Shown in pieces: positions 52,386-62,477 of a DNA stretch of 64,000 nt. Origin of the DNA: an uncultured Actinomycetes bacterium (GTDB taxonomy: Bacteria > Actinomycetota > Thermoleophilia > UBA2241); contig CAVPVX010000007.1 of NCBI GenBank assembly GCA_963709345.1, positions 288,001 through 352,000 of the forward strand. The letters are read 5' to 3'. The number at the start of each line of letters is the position of its first letter. Positions within the stretch are counted from its first letter, which is position 1. The translations under genes and the position numbers were made by a program. Below the pieces are notes generated by a model. The model searched no databases, was not told the origin of the DNA, and saw only the letters and a program-made list of their open reading frames with translations.

Positions 52386-53783
52386 TTGGAACGGTCCGTG
52401 CGCACACGACTCGGCGACGGCTCGCTCGTCGAGATGACGCCGAGCGAGATCCGCGCCGATCTCGTCGAGGGTATGGAGCTCGGCGCCCGCCGCGCCAAGG
52501 CCCCACCGCTGAGCGAGGCCGAGATCGACCACCTGCTCGACATCTTCGCCAGCGAGGCGAAGTTCAGCGCCGTCGACATGGGCGACGAGATCGTGCTCAG
52601 CTTCGACGGCACGGGCAATCTCGACTCCGGTGCGCGCGTCGACGAGCTCTACAGCTACCAGAGCCACCGCGGCGCCGACATGCTCGAGCTCTTCTCCATC
52701 GACTACTCGTACAAGGCGATCAAGACGATCCTGAGCTACGAGACCCAGGTGATGAAGGTCGCCCAGCTCAACACGCTGGCGCCGCTGCAGTACGGCGCCA
52801 TGCCCGACCTGGGCCGCTACTCCATGCCCGACGGCCCTATCCCCAACTGGTCGGAGCTCATGCCGCTCGGCCGCATCGAGGAAGCGCGCGACGCGCAGGT
52901 GGCGGCCATCGACCATGCCGTCGCCGACATGGTCTTCGTCGCCGAGGGCATGTGGGAGGCCGGCGCCGACGGCATGGACTTCGACACCGCTGCCGCGGCC
53001 GGCGACGGCGATCTGCTTGCCACGCTCACCGCGGTCGAGAAGATCAAGCACAGGCACCCCGACTGCGGGATCGAGCTCGGGATGGCCAGCGAGTGCGTCC
53101 TCGGGATGCACGGCGAGCTCACCTACAAGGGCCGGCGCCTCGCCGGGATGTGGCCCCAGGACCAGGTCCAGGTCGCCCAGGAGGCCGGCGCCACCATCTT
53201 CGGTCCGGCGGTCAACGTCAACACGACGAAGAGCGTGGCCTGGAACGTGGCGCGCGCCTGCACGATCATCAAGCCGGCGATGGCGGTCGCCGAGATCCCC
53301 GTGCACCCGAACGTGGGCATGGGCGTCGGCGGCGTGCCGATGAGCCCCTATCCCCCAGCCGACGCCGTGTCTCGCGTCTCGCGCGCACTGGTGGACATCC
53401 TCAAGTGCGACGGGTTGTAGGTGGGCGTGGGTGACCCTCTGGGCATGGCGTGCACGCACGCGCTCGCCTCGGGCATGGGTGGAATGCGGACCGCCGGAGA
53501 TCTGGTGGGCCGCATGCAGATGACCCGGGGCATGCGCCTCAAGCAAGCCAAGACCTACGTGGCCGGCAAGCTCGGCGTCTCCGTCGCCGACCTCGCCGAC
53601 CCCATCGCCATGCACGACGTGCGCCGGGACCTCGGCCTCGGCCGCATCCCGGTGCAGGAGCTCACGTACTCGACGCACGCCGGCGCCATGGAGGCGAAGT
53701 TCCACATCGCCGAGGTGCTGGGCGTCCCGATCAACAGCGTCACGCGCTTCCAGGAGTGCGCCGGGCTGCACACCCGGGCCTGA
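52386..53783 (+). CDS. mtbB: MtbB-family copy 3, in-frame TAG (Pyl) at 53418-53420 (codon 345)
   Basis: TTG start after GGAGGT; LKCDGL-TAG-VGVGDPLGM...GMRTAGDLVGRMQ. Confidence 0.92.
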
Positions 53784-53811
53784 TGAAGCTCACGAGCAAA
53801 GGAGGGCCGCT

Positions 53812-55281
53812 GTGAAGCGGAACCTGCACGCCGGCGGCGCCCGCAGCCGCGGGCTGAGCGTCAACGTGTTCACCGACGCCGAACTGGACGAGATCCACCT
53901 CGCCACGCTCGAGGTGCTCGAGCGCACCGGCGTCTTCGTCGAGGACGGCGAGGCGATCGACATCTTCAAGGACGGCGGCTGCCGGGTCGACCGCGAGACG
54001 CGGATGGTCCACATCCCCCCGTTCGTCACCGAGGACGCGATCCGGTCGGCGCCCAGCAGGTACACCCTGTACGGGCGCGACCCGAAGAACGACGTCGTCA
54101 TGGAGCCGGGGCGGGTCGCCTTCACGAACTTCAGCGAAGGCCTCCGCGTGATCGACCCGGAGACGGGCGAGCAGCGCGAGTCCACCAAGCAGGACATCGC
54201 CGACATCGCCCGCCTCAACGATTACCTCAGCGAGATGGACACGCACGAGATCTCCGTCGGCGCCGCGGGAGTGCCGCCGTCCACGTGCGCGGTCCACAAC
54301 AGCGAGATGCAGTTCCTCAACACCACCAAGCCGATCGGCGTCGGTCCGCTCAGCCGGCTCGAGGTCAACGCGATCTTCCGTATGGCCGCGGAGATCGTCG
54401 GCGGCGAGGACGAGCTGCGCGAGCGGCCCATCCTGTACAGCGGGGTCTGCCCCGTCAGCCCGCTCAAGCTGCCGCGCGACGTGACCGAGGTGGTCATCGA
54501 GTCGTCGCGCTGGTGGATCCCGGACAACATCCTCAGCATGGCCATGGCCGGCGGATCCAGCCCGGTCACCCTGGCCGGCTCGCTCGTCACGCACAACGCC
54601 GAGGTGCTGGCCGGCATCACGCTGGCCCAGCTCACCGAGCGCGGCTGCCCCGTCATGTACGGCAGCTCGACCACCGCCATGGACCTCAAGCTCGCAGCCG
54701 CATCCGTCGGCTCGCCGGAGATCTCGCTGATCAGCGCCGCGGTGGCGCAGATGGCGCGGCGCTACCTGCTCCCCAGCTTCGTGGCCGGGTTGTAGACGGA
54801 TTCCAAGCTCGGTGACGCGCAGGCCGGTCACGAGAAGACCCTCACCGGACTCACGGCAGCGTTGGCAGGGGCCAACCTGATCTACGGGGCGGGGATGATC
54901 GAATCGGGCGTCACCTTCGACAGTGCGCAGTTCGTGATGGACAACGAGATCGCACGCATGATCAAGCACGTGGTCGGCGGCATTCGCGTGGACGACGAAA
55001 GCCTGGCGGTGGAGGACATCGCCAAGGTCGGCGCGTTCGGCGACTTCCTGAGCCTCGACGCGACGCTGACACACATGCGCGAGCTCAGCCAGCCGACGGT
55101 GCTCGACAGGCGCGTGCGCGAAGACTGGGAGGCGCGCGGGTCGACCGACCTCTACACCCGGTGCCTCGAGACCGCGCGCGACGTCCTGCATGAGTACCGG
55201 CCCGAGCCGGTACCCAACGACGTCGCCGCACGCATCCATGCCATCGTCGAAGAGACCGACCGCGCCGCCGGCGTCGGCTGA
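53812..55281 (+). CDS. mttB: Trimethylamine methyltransferase MttB, in-frame TAG (Pyl) at 54793-54795 (codon 328)
   Basis: CPVSPL, SMAMAGGSSPVTLAG, YGSSTT, GSPE; LPSFVAGL-TAG-TDSKLGDAQAGHEKT...GANLIYGAGM, matching MttB VAG(x)-O-SD(x)K...QAGHEKT. Confidence 0.93.
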
Positions 55282-55292
55282 AGGAGACCCGT

Positions 55293-55919
55293 ATGAACGA
55301 CCAGCTCAAGCAGGCCATCATCGCCGGCGACGCCGATGTGGCCACCGCACTCACGACGGCGCTCCTCGCCACCGGGGCCACGGCGCGGGAGATCCTCGAC
55401 TCCGCCCTGCTCCCCGGCATGGAGGTCGTCGGCACGCGCATGCGTGACGGCGAGTGCTTCATCCCCGAGGTGCTGCTCTCCGCCCGCGTCATGCAGGCCT
55501 GCCTCGACCTGCTGCGCCCGCACATGGCCGCCGGCGACGAGGCCGGCGGCGGCGTGGTCGTGATCGGCACCGTCGAGGGCGACCTGCACGACATCGGCAA
55601 GAACCTCGTCGGCATGCTCCTGCAGGGGGCCGGCTTCACGGTCGTCAACCTCGGCACCGGGGTGACGGCGGCCGACTTCGTCGCCGCCGTCAAGGAGCAC
55701 GCGCCGAAGATCATCGGCATGAGCGCCCTGCTCACGACCACCCTGCCGCACATGGCCGAGACGATCGCCGCGCTCAAGGCCGAGGGCCTGCGCGACTCCG
55801 TCAAGGTGATGGTCGGCGGCGCCCCGGTGACCGCCGCCTACGCCGACGAGATCGGCGCCGACGGCTACGGCGCCAACGCCGGCATGGCGGTGGAGCGGGC
55901 GAAGGAGCTGGTGGGGTAG
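55293..55919 (+). CDS. Methyltransferase cognate corrinoid protein (MttC/MtbC-like)
   Basis: FIPEVL; GTVEGDLHDIGKNLV B12-binding motif; MSALLTTT; VMVGGAPV; ends in TAG. Confidence 0.93.
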   Translation: MNDQLKQAIIAGDADVATALTTALLATGATAREILDSALLPGMEVVGTRMRDGECFIPEVLLSARVMQACLDLLRPHMAAGDEAGGGVVVIGTVEGDLHDIGKNLVGMLLQGAGFTVVNLGTGVTAADFVAAVKEHAPKIIGMSALLTTTLPHMAETIAALKAEGLRDSVKVMVGGAPVTAAYADEIGADGYGANAGMAVERAKELVG

Positions 55920-57412
55920 TGCCCGCGCCGCCACCCGCGGGCGCTCCTGCAGAACAGGCCGGACCGCGGCAGCAGCCGTTGGCGCCCCTGCGGTCCGACT
56001 TCCCGTGGCGCTTCCATGACGAGGCGGAAGTGGAGCCGCTACGCGAAGCGACCCTTCGGCTCCTCGAGACGACGGGCGTGCGTTTCGAGTCGCCAAAGGC
56101 GCTCGCGATCCTGAAGAGAGCCGGCGCCAGGGTGGACGAGGGTTCCGACCTCGTCCGTCTGCCTCGCCGGCTGGTCGCCGAGGCGCTCGCCCTGGCGCCG
56201 CGGCGGTTCACGCTCGGCGCCCGGGACGCCGCCTGCGACCTCGAGCTCGGCTCCAGCGCGACATACGGCACTACCGACGGCTGCGGCGTGGAGGTCGTCG
56301 ACTGGCACTCAGGCGAGCGTCGCTCGTCCACCAAGGCCGACCTCGAGGCGATCACGCGTATGCAGGACTGCCTCGGCTCCATCTGCTACTGGTGGCCCAC
56401 GGTGAGCGCCGGCGACTGCGGTGAGACGGCCCAGCTCCACGAGATCGAGGCCGGCTGGAACAACACGAGCAAGCACCTCATGGGCATGGTGCAGGGCGAG
56501 GCGCTGGCGAAGGCGGCCGTCGAGATGGCGACCACCGTGGCCGGCGGGGCCGAAGAGCTCCGCCGCCGACCTGTCATGAGCGACCTCATCGGCACGGTCT
56601 CGCCGCTCACGCACGACAAGGACGGGATCGAGGCCGGCCTGGTCTTCGCCGAGGCCGGCATCCCCGTCTGCTACGTCACCATGCCGAACCTCGGCACGAC
56701 GGCGCCGGCGACCAAGGCCGGAGCCTTCGTCGTGGGCGCCGCCGAGATCGTCGCCGCGGCGGTACTCCATGAACTCGCTTCGCCCGGCGCACCGGTGATC
56801 GGGTCGATCATGCAGATCTACGCCGACCCGCGCACGGCGCTCACCATGACATCCCCCCTCGACGACCGCTGCCGCTTCCTGGCCACGGAGCTGCTGCACA
56901 GCTTCGGCCTCCCGGCGCTCGGGCCGTTCGGCGGCACCGATGCGGCGGCGCCGGGGACATGGCTCGCCGGCGTCGAGACGATGCTCCAGTTGTTGCAGGT
57001 GCCGCTCGACGGCTGCGAGCTGTACACCGGTATCGGTCTCACCAACACGTATCAGCTGTTCACGCCCGAGGCCCTGATCCTCGACGACGATCTCTACCAC
57101 CGCGCGAGGCACGCCTTCCTCGACATCCCCATGGATGAGGAGTCGCTCGCGCTTGACGTGATCGAGGCCGTGGGTCCCGGAGGGCACTTCCTCGCCCAGC
57201 CACATACGCGCCGGCACATGCCAGACGCGGTCCTGCGCGCGGTGAGCCAGGAGATCGGCCCCGACGGCCAGCACTACCGCGACCCGGTGGAGGTGGCGCG
57301 AGAGCGCGCGCTGGCCATCCTCGAGCGCTACGTCCCGCAACCGCTGGAGGAGAACGCTCAGGCGGAACTGCGAAGGATCGTCGCAGCGGCAGACCGCGCG
57401 GTGCGCGGCTAG
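55919..57412 (+). CDS. Non-Pyl MttB-superfamily methyltransferase
   Basis: LLETTGV, GTTAPAT, LPALGPFGGTD (Gly at the Pyl-equivalent position), LALDVIEAVGPGGHFL; GTG start overlaps the corrinoid stop. Confidence 0.85.
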   Translation: MPAPPPAGAPAEQAGPRQQPLAPLRSDFPWRFHDEAEVEPLREATLRLLETTGVRFESPKALAILKRAGARVDEGSDLVRLPRRLVAEALALAPRRFTLGARDAACDLELGSSATYGTTDGCGVEVVDWHSGERRSSTKADLEAITRMQDCLGSICYWWPTVSAGDCGETAQLHEIEAGWNNTSKHLMGMVQGEALAKAAVEMATTVAGGAEELRRRPVMSDLIGTVSPLTHDKDGIEAGLVFAEAGIPVCYVTMPNLGTTAPATKAGAFVVGAAEIVAAAVLHELASPGAPVIGSIMQIYADPRTALTMTSPLDDRCRFLATELLHSFGLPALGPFGGTDAAAPGTWLAGVETMLQLLQVPLDGCELYTGIGLTNTYQLFTPEALILDDDLYHRARHAFLDIPMDEESLALDVIEAVGPGGHFLAQPHTRRHMPDAVLRAVSQEIGPDGQHYRDPVEVARERALAILERYVPQPLEENAQAELRRIVAAADRAVRG

Positions 57413-57439
57413 CGCTCGCAAGCGCCTCGCCGCCCCCGT

Positions 57440-58249
57440 CTACTCGAGCAGCATGCGGTCGACGGCGAACGCCTCGCCGGCGACCTCGTGGAACTTCTCG
57501 ACGAGGTCGCTCACCTGGAGCGCCGCCTTCTGCTCCTTGTCGATATCGAGGACGACGCGACCGCCGTGCATCATGACGAGACGGTCGCCGTAGCGCAGCG
57601 CCAGCTCCATGTTGTGCGTCACCATGAGCGTCGTGAGGCCGCGCTCGGCGATGATCGCGGCCGTGAGGTCCATGATCGTGGCCGCGACCTTTGGGTCGAG
57701 CGCGGCCGTGTGCTCGTCGAGCAGCAGGAGGCTCGGCTCGGCGATGGTCGCCATGAGCAGCGACATCGCCTGCCGCTGGCCGCCGGAGAGCTTGTTGACG
57801 CCGGCTTTGAGCCGGTCCTCCAAGCCCATACCGAGTCGTGAGAGCTGCGCGCGCATGACCTCACGGCGGCGGTGCGTCACGCCGCGACGCAGGCCGCTGC
57901 GCTTCTGGCGCATCAGCGAGATGGCGAGATTCTCCTCGATGGTCATCGACGGCGCCGTGCCGGCGCGGGGATCCTGGAACACCCTGCCGATCAGGCGACT
58001 GCGCACGTGCTCGGCCTGCCGCGTGACGTCGCGGTCACCGAGTTGGACCTTGCCGGCGCTGACGGGGAAGGTGCCGGCGACCGCGTTGAGCAGCGTCGAC
58101 TTGCCCGAGCCATTGGAGCCGATGATCGTCACGAACTGGTCCGCGGGGACGACCAGATCGATCCCGTTGAGGGCGACGACCTCGTTGGCCGTGCCGGGGA
58201 AGAACACCTTGCGCAGCCCGCTTATCTCGAGGGGAGCCGGGGCGCTCAC
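57440..58249 (-). CDS. ABC transporter ATP-binding protein
   Basis: GSNGSGKST, LSGGQRQ, LLLDEHTAALDP. Confidence 0.92.
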   Translation of the reverse strand: MSAPAPLEISGLRKVFFPGTANEVVALNGIDLVVPADQFVTIIGSNGSGKSTLLNAVAGTFPVSAGKVQLGDRDVTRQAEHVRSRLIGRVFQDPRAGTAPSMTIEENLAISLMRQKRSGLRRGVTHRRREVMRAQLSRLGMGLEDRLKAGVNKLSGGQRQAMSLLMATIAEPSLLLLDEHTAALDPKVAATIMDLTAAIIAERGLTTLMVTHNMELALRYGDRLVMMHGGRVVLDIDKEQKAALQVSDLVEKFHEVAGEAFAVDRMLLE

Positions 58250-59148
58250 AGCCGCACCACCTTGCGGCGGACGGTGGGTATGGAGAGCGCGATGACGACG
58301 AGCAGCGCCGTGAGCAGCTTGAGATCGGTGGGCGCGATGCCGAGGCGCAGGCTGATGGCTATGAGCAGCCTGTACACGATGGAGCCACCGATGACGCTGA
58401 AGAGCACCCAGCTGACACTGCGCACGCCGAAGATGACCTCGCCCATGATCACCCCGGCGAGGCCGGCGACGATCGTCCCGATACCCATGCCCACATCGGC
58501 GAAGCCCTGCTGCTGGGCGACCAGCGACCCGGTCAGGGCGACGAGCCCGTTGGCGATGGACAGCCCGACGATGCGCGTGAAGTTGGTGTTGGTGCCCATG
58601 GCCCGGATCATCTGCTCGTTGTCGCCGGTGGCCAGCAGCGTGAGCCCGAACTCCGTGTGCAGCAGCCAGTCGAGGATGTACTTGACGACGATGGCGAGCG
58701 CGGCGACGACGAGGACGACGTTCCACCCGACCATGGTGAGCGAGAACAGCGCCCCGATCTTGTCGAAGATGACCTCGACACCGAGCAGCGGGGTGTTGCT
58801 GCGCCCCATGATCCGCAGGTTGACGGTGTACAGCGCCGTCATCGTGAGGATGCCGGCGAGCAGCTTGGGACCGTAGTTGGTCGAGTTGTTGTCCCCGGAC
58901 TTGAGCAGCAGATGCAGGAAGCCGGTGACGACCCCGGCGCAAAGCCCCGCGCCCACGCCGGCGGCGGTGGCGACGAGCGGCGACTGCCCGCTCACGATGA
59001 GCGCTCCCGTGACGGCGGCTCCAAGCGGCAGACTGCCGTCGACGGTGAGGTCGGGAAAATCGAGGACGCGGAAGGTGAGGAAGACGCCGAGCACCATGAA
59101 GCAGTAGATGAGGCCCTGCTCGAGGGCGCTGGACATGATCACTTCCAC
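58246..59148 (-). CDS. ABC transporter permease
   Basis: FPDLTVDGS, ATGDNEQM, multiple hydrophobic segments. Confidence 0.9.
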   Translation of the reverse strand: MEVIMSSALEQGLIYCFMVLGVFLTFRVLDFPDLTVDGSLPLGAAVTGALIVSGQSPLVATAAGVGAGLCAGVVTGFLHLLLKSGDNNSTNYGPKLLAGILTMTALYTVNLRIMGRSNTPLLGVEVIFDKIGALFSLTMVGWNVVLVVAALAIVVKYILDWLLHTEFGLTLLATGDNEQMIRAMGTNTNFTRIVGLSIANGLVALTGSLVAQQQGFADVGMGIGTIVAGLAGVIMGEVIFGVRSVSWVLFSVIGGSIVYRLLIAISLRLGIAPTDLKLLTALLVVIALSIPTVRRKVVRL

Positions 59149-59166
59149 GTGCCGCTCACTTCCGTA

Positions 59167-59205
59167 GTCGGGGCCGGGACCGCTGTTCGCGGTCCCGGCC
59201 CCGAC
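59167..59205 (-). terminator. Intra-operon hairpin between binding protein and permease
   Basis: GTCGGGGCCGGGACCGC-TGTTC-GCGGTCCCGGCCCCGAC. Confidence 0.55.
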
Positions 59206-59245
59206 GATTCTATCGTGCCTGCGCCCATTGTGGCCGCCAGACGCC

Positions 59246-60256
59246 TCAGAACTTGCTGACGGCCTCGCTCACGAGGTCGGCCGGGATGGTGACGCCCTGG
59301 TCCGCGGCGGCCGTCTCGTTGATCGAGAGCTGCAGGTTGGCCGCGTACTCCACCGGGATCTCCGCGATCGGCGTGCCGCCGAGGATCATCGCGGCCTGGT
59401 AGCCGGCCTGCATGCCGAGATCCTTGTAGTCGAAGCCGTACCCGGCGGCAGCGCCGCGCTTGACGCTGTCGGTGTCGCCGGCGAGCAGCGGGATCTTGGC
59501 CTCGTTGCAGACCTTGACGATCGCCTCGAGGGCGGTGACGGCGGTGTTGTCGCCGATCACGGCGATGGCGTCGACGCGGCCGACGAGCGACTTGGCAGCG
59601 GCCTGCACCTCGGAGGAGTTGCCTGCCGTGGCGTCGACGATCTCGAGCCCCATGGCGCCTGCGGCCTCTTTGGCGGCCTCCACGATGTAGACCGAGTTGG
59701 ACTCGCCGGCGTTGTAGACGATGCCGACCGACTTGGCGTCGGGGTTGAACTGCTTCGCCAGTTCAAGGATGGGCTCGACGGGCTGCAGGTCGCTGACGCC
59801 CGTGACGTTGGCATCGGGCGACTCGGGGTTCGCGACCAGACCGGCGCCCACGGGGTCGGTCACGGCGGTGAAGACGATCGGCGTCGTCTTGTCGGCCTTC
59901 ACCACCGCCTGGGTGGTCGGGGTCGCGACGCCGAGAATCAGATCGAGCCCGTCGGCGGCGAACTTCTGGGCGATGCTGGCGGTCGTCGCCATGTCGCCCT
60001 CGGCGTTCTGCATGTCGTAGGTGACGTTGCTGAAGCCCTTCTCGGCGAGGGCTTCCTTGAAGCCTTCGACGGCGGCGTCGAGCGCCGGGTGGCTGACGAT
60101 CTGCGTGATACCGATCTTGTACGCTTTGGTGGTGTCGGCGCTGGCGCTCGGGCTGCTCTCGGTGTCCCCGTCGCCGCCGCAACCGGCGATGACGCCGGCG
60201 AGGGCCACGATGGCGAGCAGCGCCATGAGCAGGCTCAGCTTGAATGCGCGAGGCAT
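59246..60256 (-). CDS. ABC transporter substrate-binding lipoprotein (ABC_sub_bind/COG2984 type)
   Basis: IAGC lipobox; IGITQIVSHPALD; IVFTAVTDP; NVTGVSD. Confidence 0.88.
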   Translation of the reverse strand: MPRAFKLSLLMALLAIVALAGVIAGCGGDGDTESSPSASADTTKAYKIGITQIVSHPALDAAVEGFKEALAEKGFSNVTYDMQNAEGDMATTASIAQKFAADGLDLILGVATPTTQAVVKADKTTPIVFTAVTDPVGAGLVANPESPDANVTGVSDLQPVEPILELAKQFNPDAKSVGIVYNAGESNSVYIVEAAKEAAGAMGLEIVDATAGNSSEVQAAAKSLVGRVDAIAVIGDNTAVTALEAIVKVCNEAKIPLLAGDTDSVKRGAAAGYGFDYKDLGMQAGYQAAMILGGTPIAEIPVEYAANLQLSINETAAADQGVTIPADLVSEAVSKF

Positions 60257-60479
60257 CGTTCTCCTTTTTCCTGTTGTCCACGGACGAATGCGACATTCTA
60301 GTGCGCGGCGCCCGCCGGGCACAACCCCCAGGCTCATGAATATTCATGGTCTACGCGACGACGATGGGGCGACCGAGCCTGCAAGCAGGTCCATTGGACC
60401 ACAGAATACTCCATTAGTGCATGGACGCTCACCAGTCTCTCACCTCCGAAGGACGCGCGGCGCACCCCCGCTCCGGCAC

Positions 60480-60517
60480 GCCGAAGGGCGGGGCCGCACG
60501 CGGCCCCGCCCTTCGGC
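60480..60517 (-). terminator. Hairpin downstream of mtbB copy 4
   Basis: GCCGAAGGGCGGGGCCGC-AC-GCGGCCCCGCCCTTCGGC inverted repeat. Confidence 0.55.
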
Positions 60518-60602
60518 TCTCTCTCGACGGCACACCTGTCGTCGTGGCCGGCCGCCGCGCGACGGGCGGGCCTCCCGCCCCTCCCCGCGCCGGCTCGTAC
60601 CT

Positions 60603-61994
60603 TTACAGGCGCGCCCGCTCCTTGAACCGCTCGACGCAGTTGATCGGGATATCGAGCAGCTGGCTGATGTTGAACTTGGCCTCCATCATGCCCGCCTCGC
60701 CGGGGTGCGTGGCGGACGTCACGCTGAGCAGCCCCAGGCCATGCTCCTTGCGGATCAGCTCCATGGCCACGGGGTCGCTGAGGTCGCGCGTCGAACAGCC
60801 GAGCTTGCCGGCCACGTATTCCTTGGCTTCCTTGAGACGCATGCGTCTGGTCATCTGCATCCGAGCCACGAGATCTCCCGCTGCCCGCATACCGCCCATG
60901 CCGGACGCCTGCGTGTGGGCCGACTCCATACCGAGAGCGTCGCCCGTGCCCACCTAGTAGCCGTCGATCTTGAGGATCTCGACGAAGGCCTTGCTCGCCC
61001 GCGAGGTCGCGTCGGCCGGCGGGTAGAGGCACGTGGGGACGCCGCCGACGCCCATGCCCACGTTCACGTGGACGGGGATCGTGGCGACCTCGGCGGCCGG
61101 CTTGATGAAGGTGATCGCCCGGGCGATGTTCCAGGCGGTCGACTTGCCTGTGTTGATGTTGACGGCCGGCCCGTAGATGCTGGCGCCGGCCTCGGTGACC
61201 ATGCGCAGTTGGTCCTTGGGCCACATTCCGGCGAGCCTGCTGCCGTCAAACTCGAGCTGGCCGTGCATGCCGAGCACGAACTCGGCCGCCATGCCGATCT
61301 CGATGCCGAGCCACGGGTACTTCGTGCGCAGCTTGCGGCAGGCGGTGAGGGCGGCGAGGAAGTCGGCGTCGCCCGCCGCCCCGGTCGTGTCCATGTCGAT
61401 GCCGTCGGCGCCGGCCTCGATCATGGCGTCGGCGACGAAGCCGATGTCCTCGACCAGCATCTCGCACGCCTCCACCTGGGCGTCGCGCGCCTCGGCGATC
61501 TTGCCCATCGGCAGCAGCTCGGACCAGTTGGGAATGGGGCCGTCCGGCTTGGAATACCGGCCCAGGTCGGGCATGGCGCCGTACTGCACGGGGTTGGTGA
61601 GCAGCGCCTGGGCGATCTTCATGGTCTGGCCCTCGTGGGCCACGTTGGTCTTGACGGCCTTGTACGAATAGTCGGCCTGCCACAGCTCGACCATGTCGAT
61701 GCCGACGACCGTCTCGTAGCTCTGCAGGTCTTGCACGCGGTTGCCGATGTGCTTGGTCCCCGTACCGTCGTTCGACATGACGACTTCGTCGCCGATGTCG
61801 ACGGCGGTGAACCGCGCCGCCGAGGCGTAGATGTCGAGCAGGTGGTCGAGCTCCTCCTGCGTGAGCTCGGGCACCTTGGCCTTCTTGGCCGCGATCTGGG
61901 TACCGGCCTCGAGATCGGCCTTGATCTCGGAACGCGTCAGCTCGACGAGCGACCCGTCACCCATGCGTGTGGGGATCCTGGGCTCCAATGGCAT
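60603..61994 (-). CDS. mtbB: MtbB-family copy 4, in-frame TAG (Pyl) at 60954-60956 (codon 347)
   Basis: IPTRMGDG...LKIDGY-TAG-VGTGDALGM...GMRAAGDLVARMQ...AKFNISQLLDIPINC. Confidence 0.92.
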
Positions 61995-62311
61995 CACCTC
62001 CGTGCGTCGTCCGGGTCGACCGCTTACGGCGTGGCGGTCACCAGGGCCTGCGGAGAGCCACGTGTGAGAGAAGCGAATCGACCGCTGGTAAGCAGGCCTC
62101 GCGCGCAACTGTACAGCAGCCCGGCGACGGCGCGCCACCGGGTCGCGACGACCCCGAGGCCGGTCTTCAGGCGGCGGCCGGCGAGCGCCGCGGAGGGCGG
62201 GGCGGGAGAAACCACGAACGTCGCCAAGGCGATCGTGACGGCCACGCGCGCCGCGTCACGTCACTCCATGCCCCGCATCCGGCGCACCCGCCCCGCGCCG
62301 CACGCGCACTC

Positions 62312-62387
62312 TGGAGCCGGCGGGCGGAATCGAACCGCCGACCTGCCGCTTACAAGGCGGCTGCTCTGCCAGCTGAGCTACGCCGGC
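62312..62387 (-). tRNA. tRNA-Thr(TGT)
   Basis: GCCGC-CTTGTAA-GCGGC anticodon arm; CCA end. Confidence 0.95.
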
Positions 62388-62477
62388 CCGGTGCCAAGTC
62401 TACCGCAGAGGAGCCATGCCGCGGATCGGGGATGGAGTCGCGGTCGAGGATCCGTCATCCACGCGTGTCCACGGTCG

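Noticed and set aside
62312-62387. tRNA between two mtbB genes as a candidate tRNA-Pyl
   Set aside because: Canonical cloverleaf with a TGT anticodon (Thr), not CUA; no tRNA-Pyl was recognised in the window
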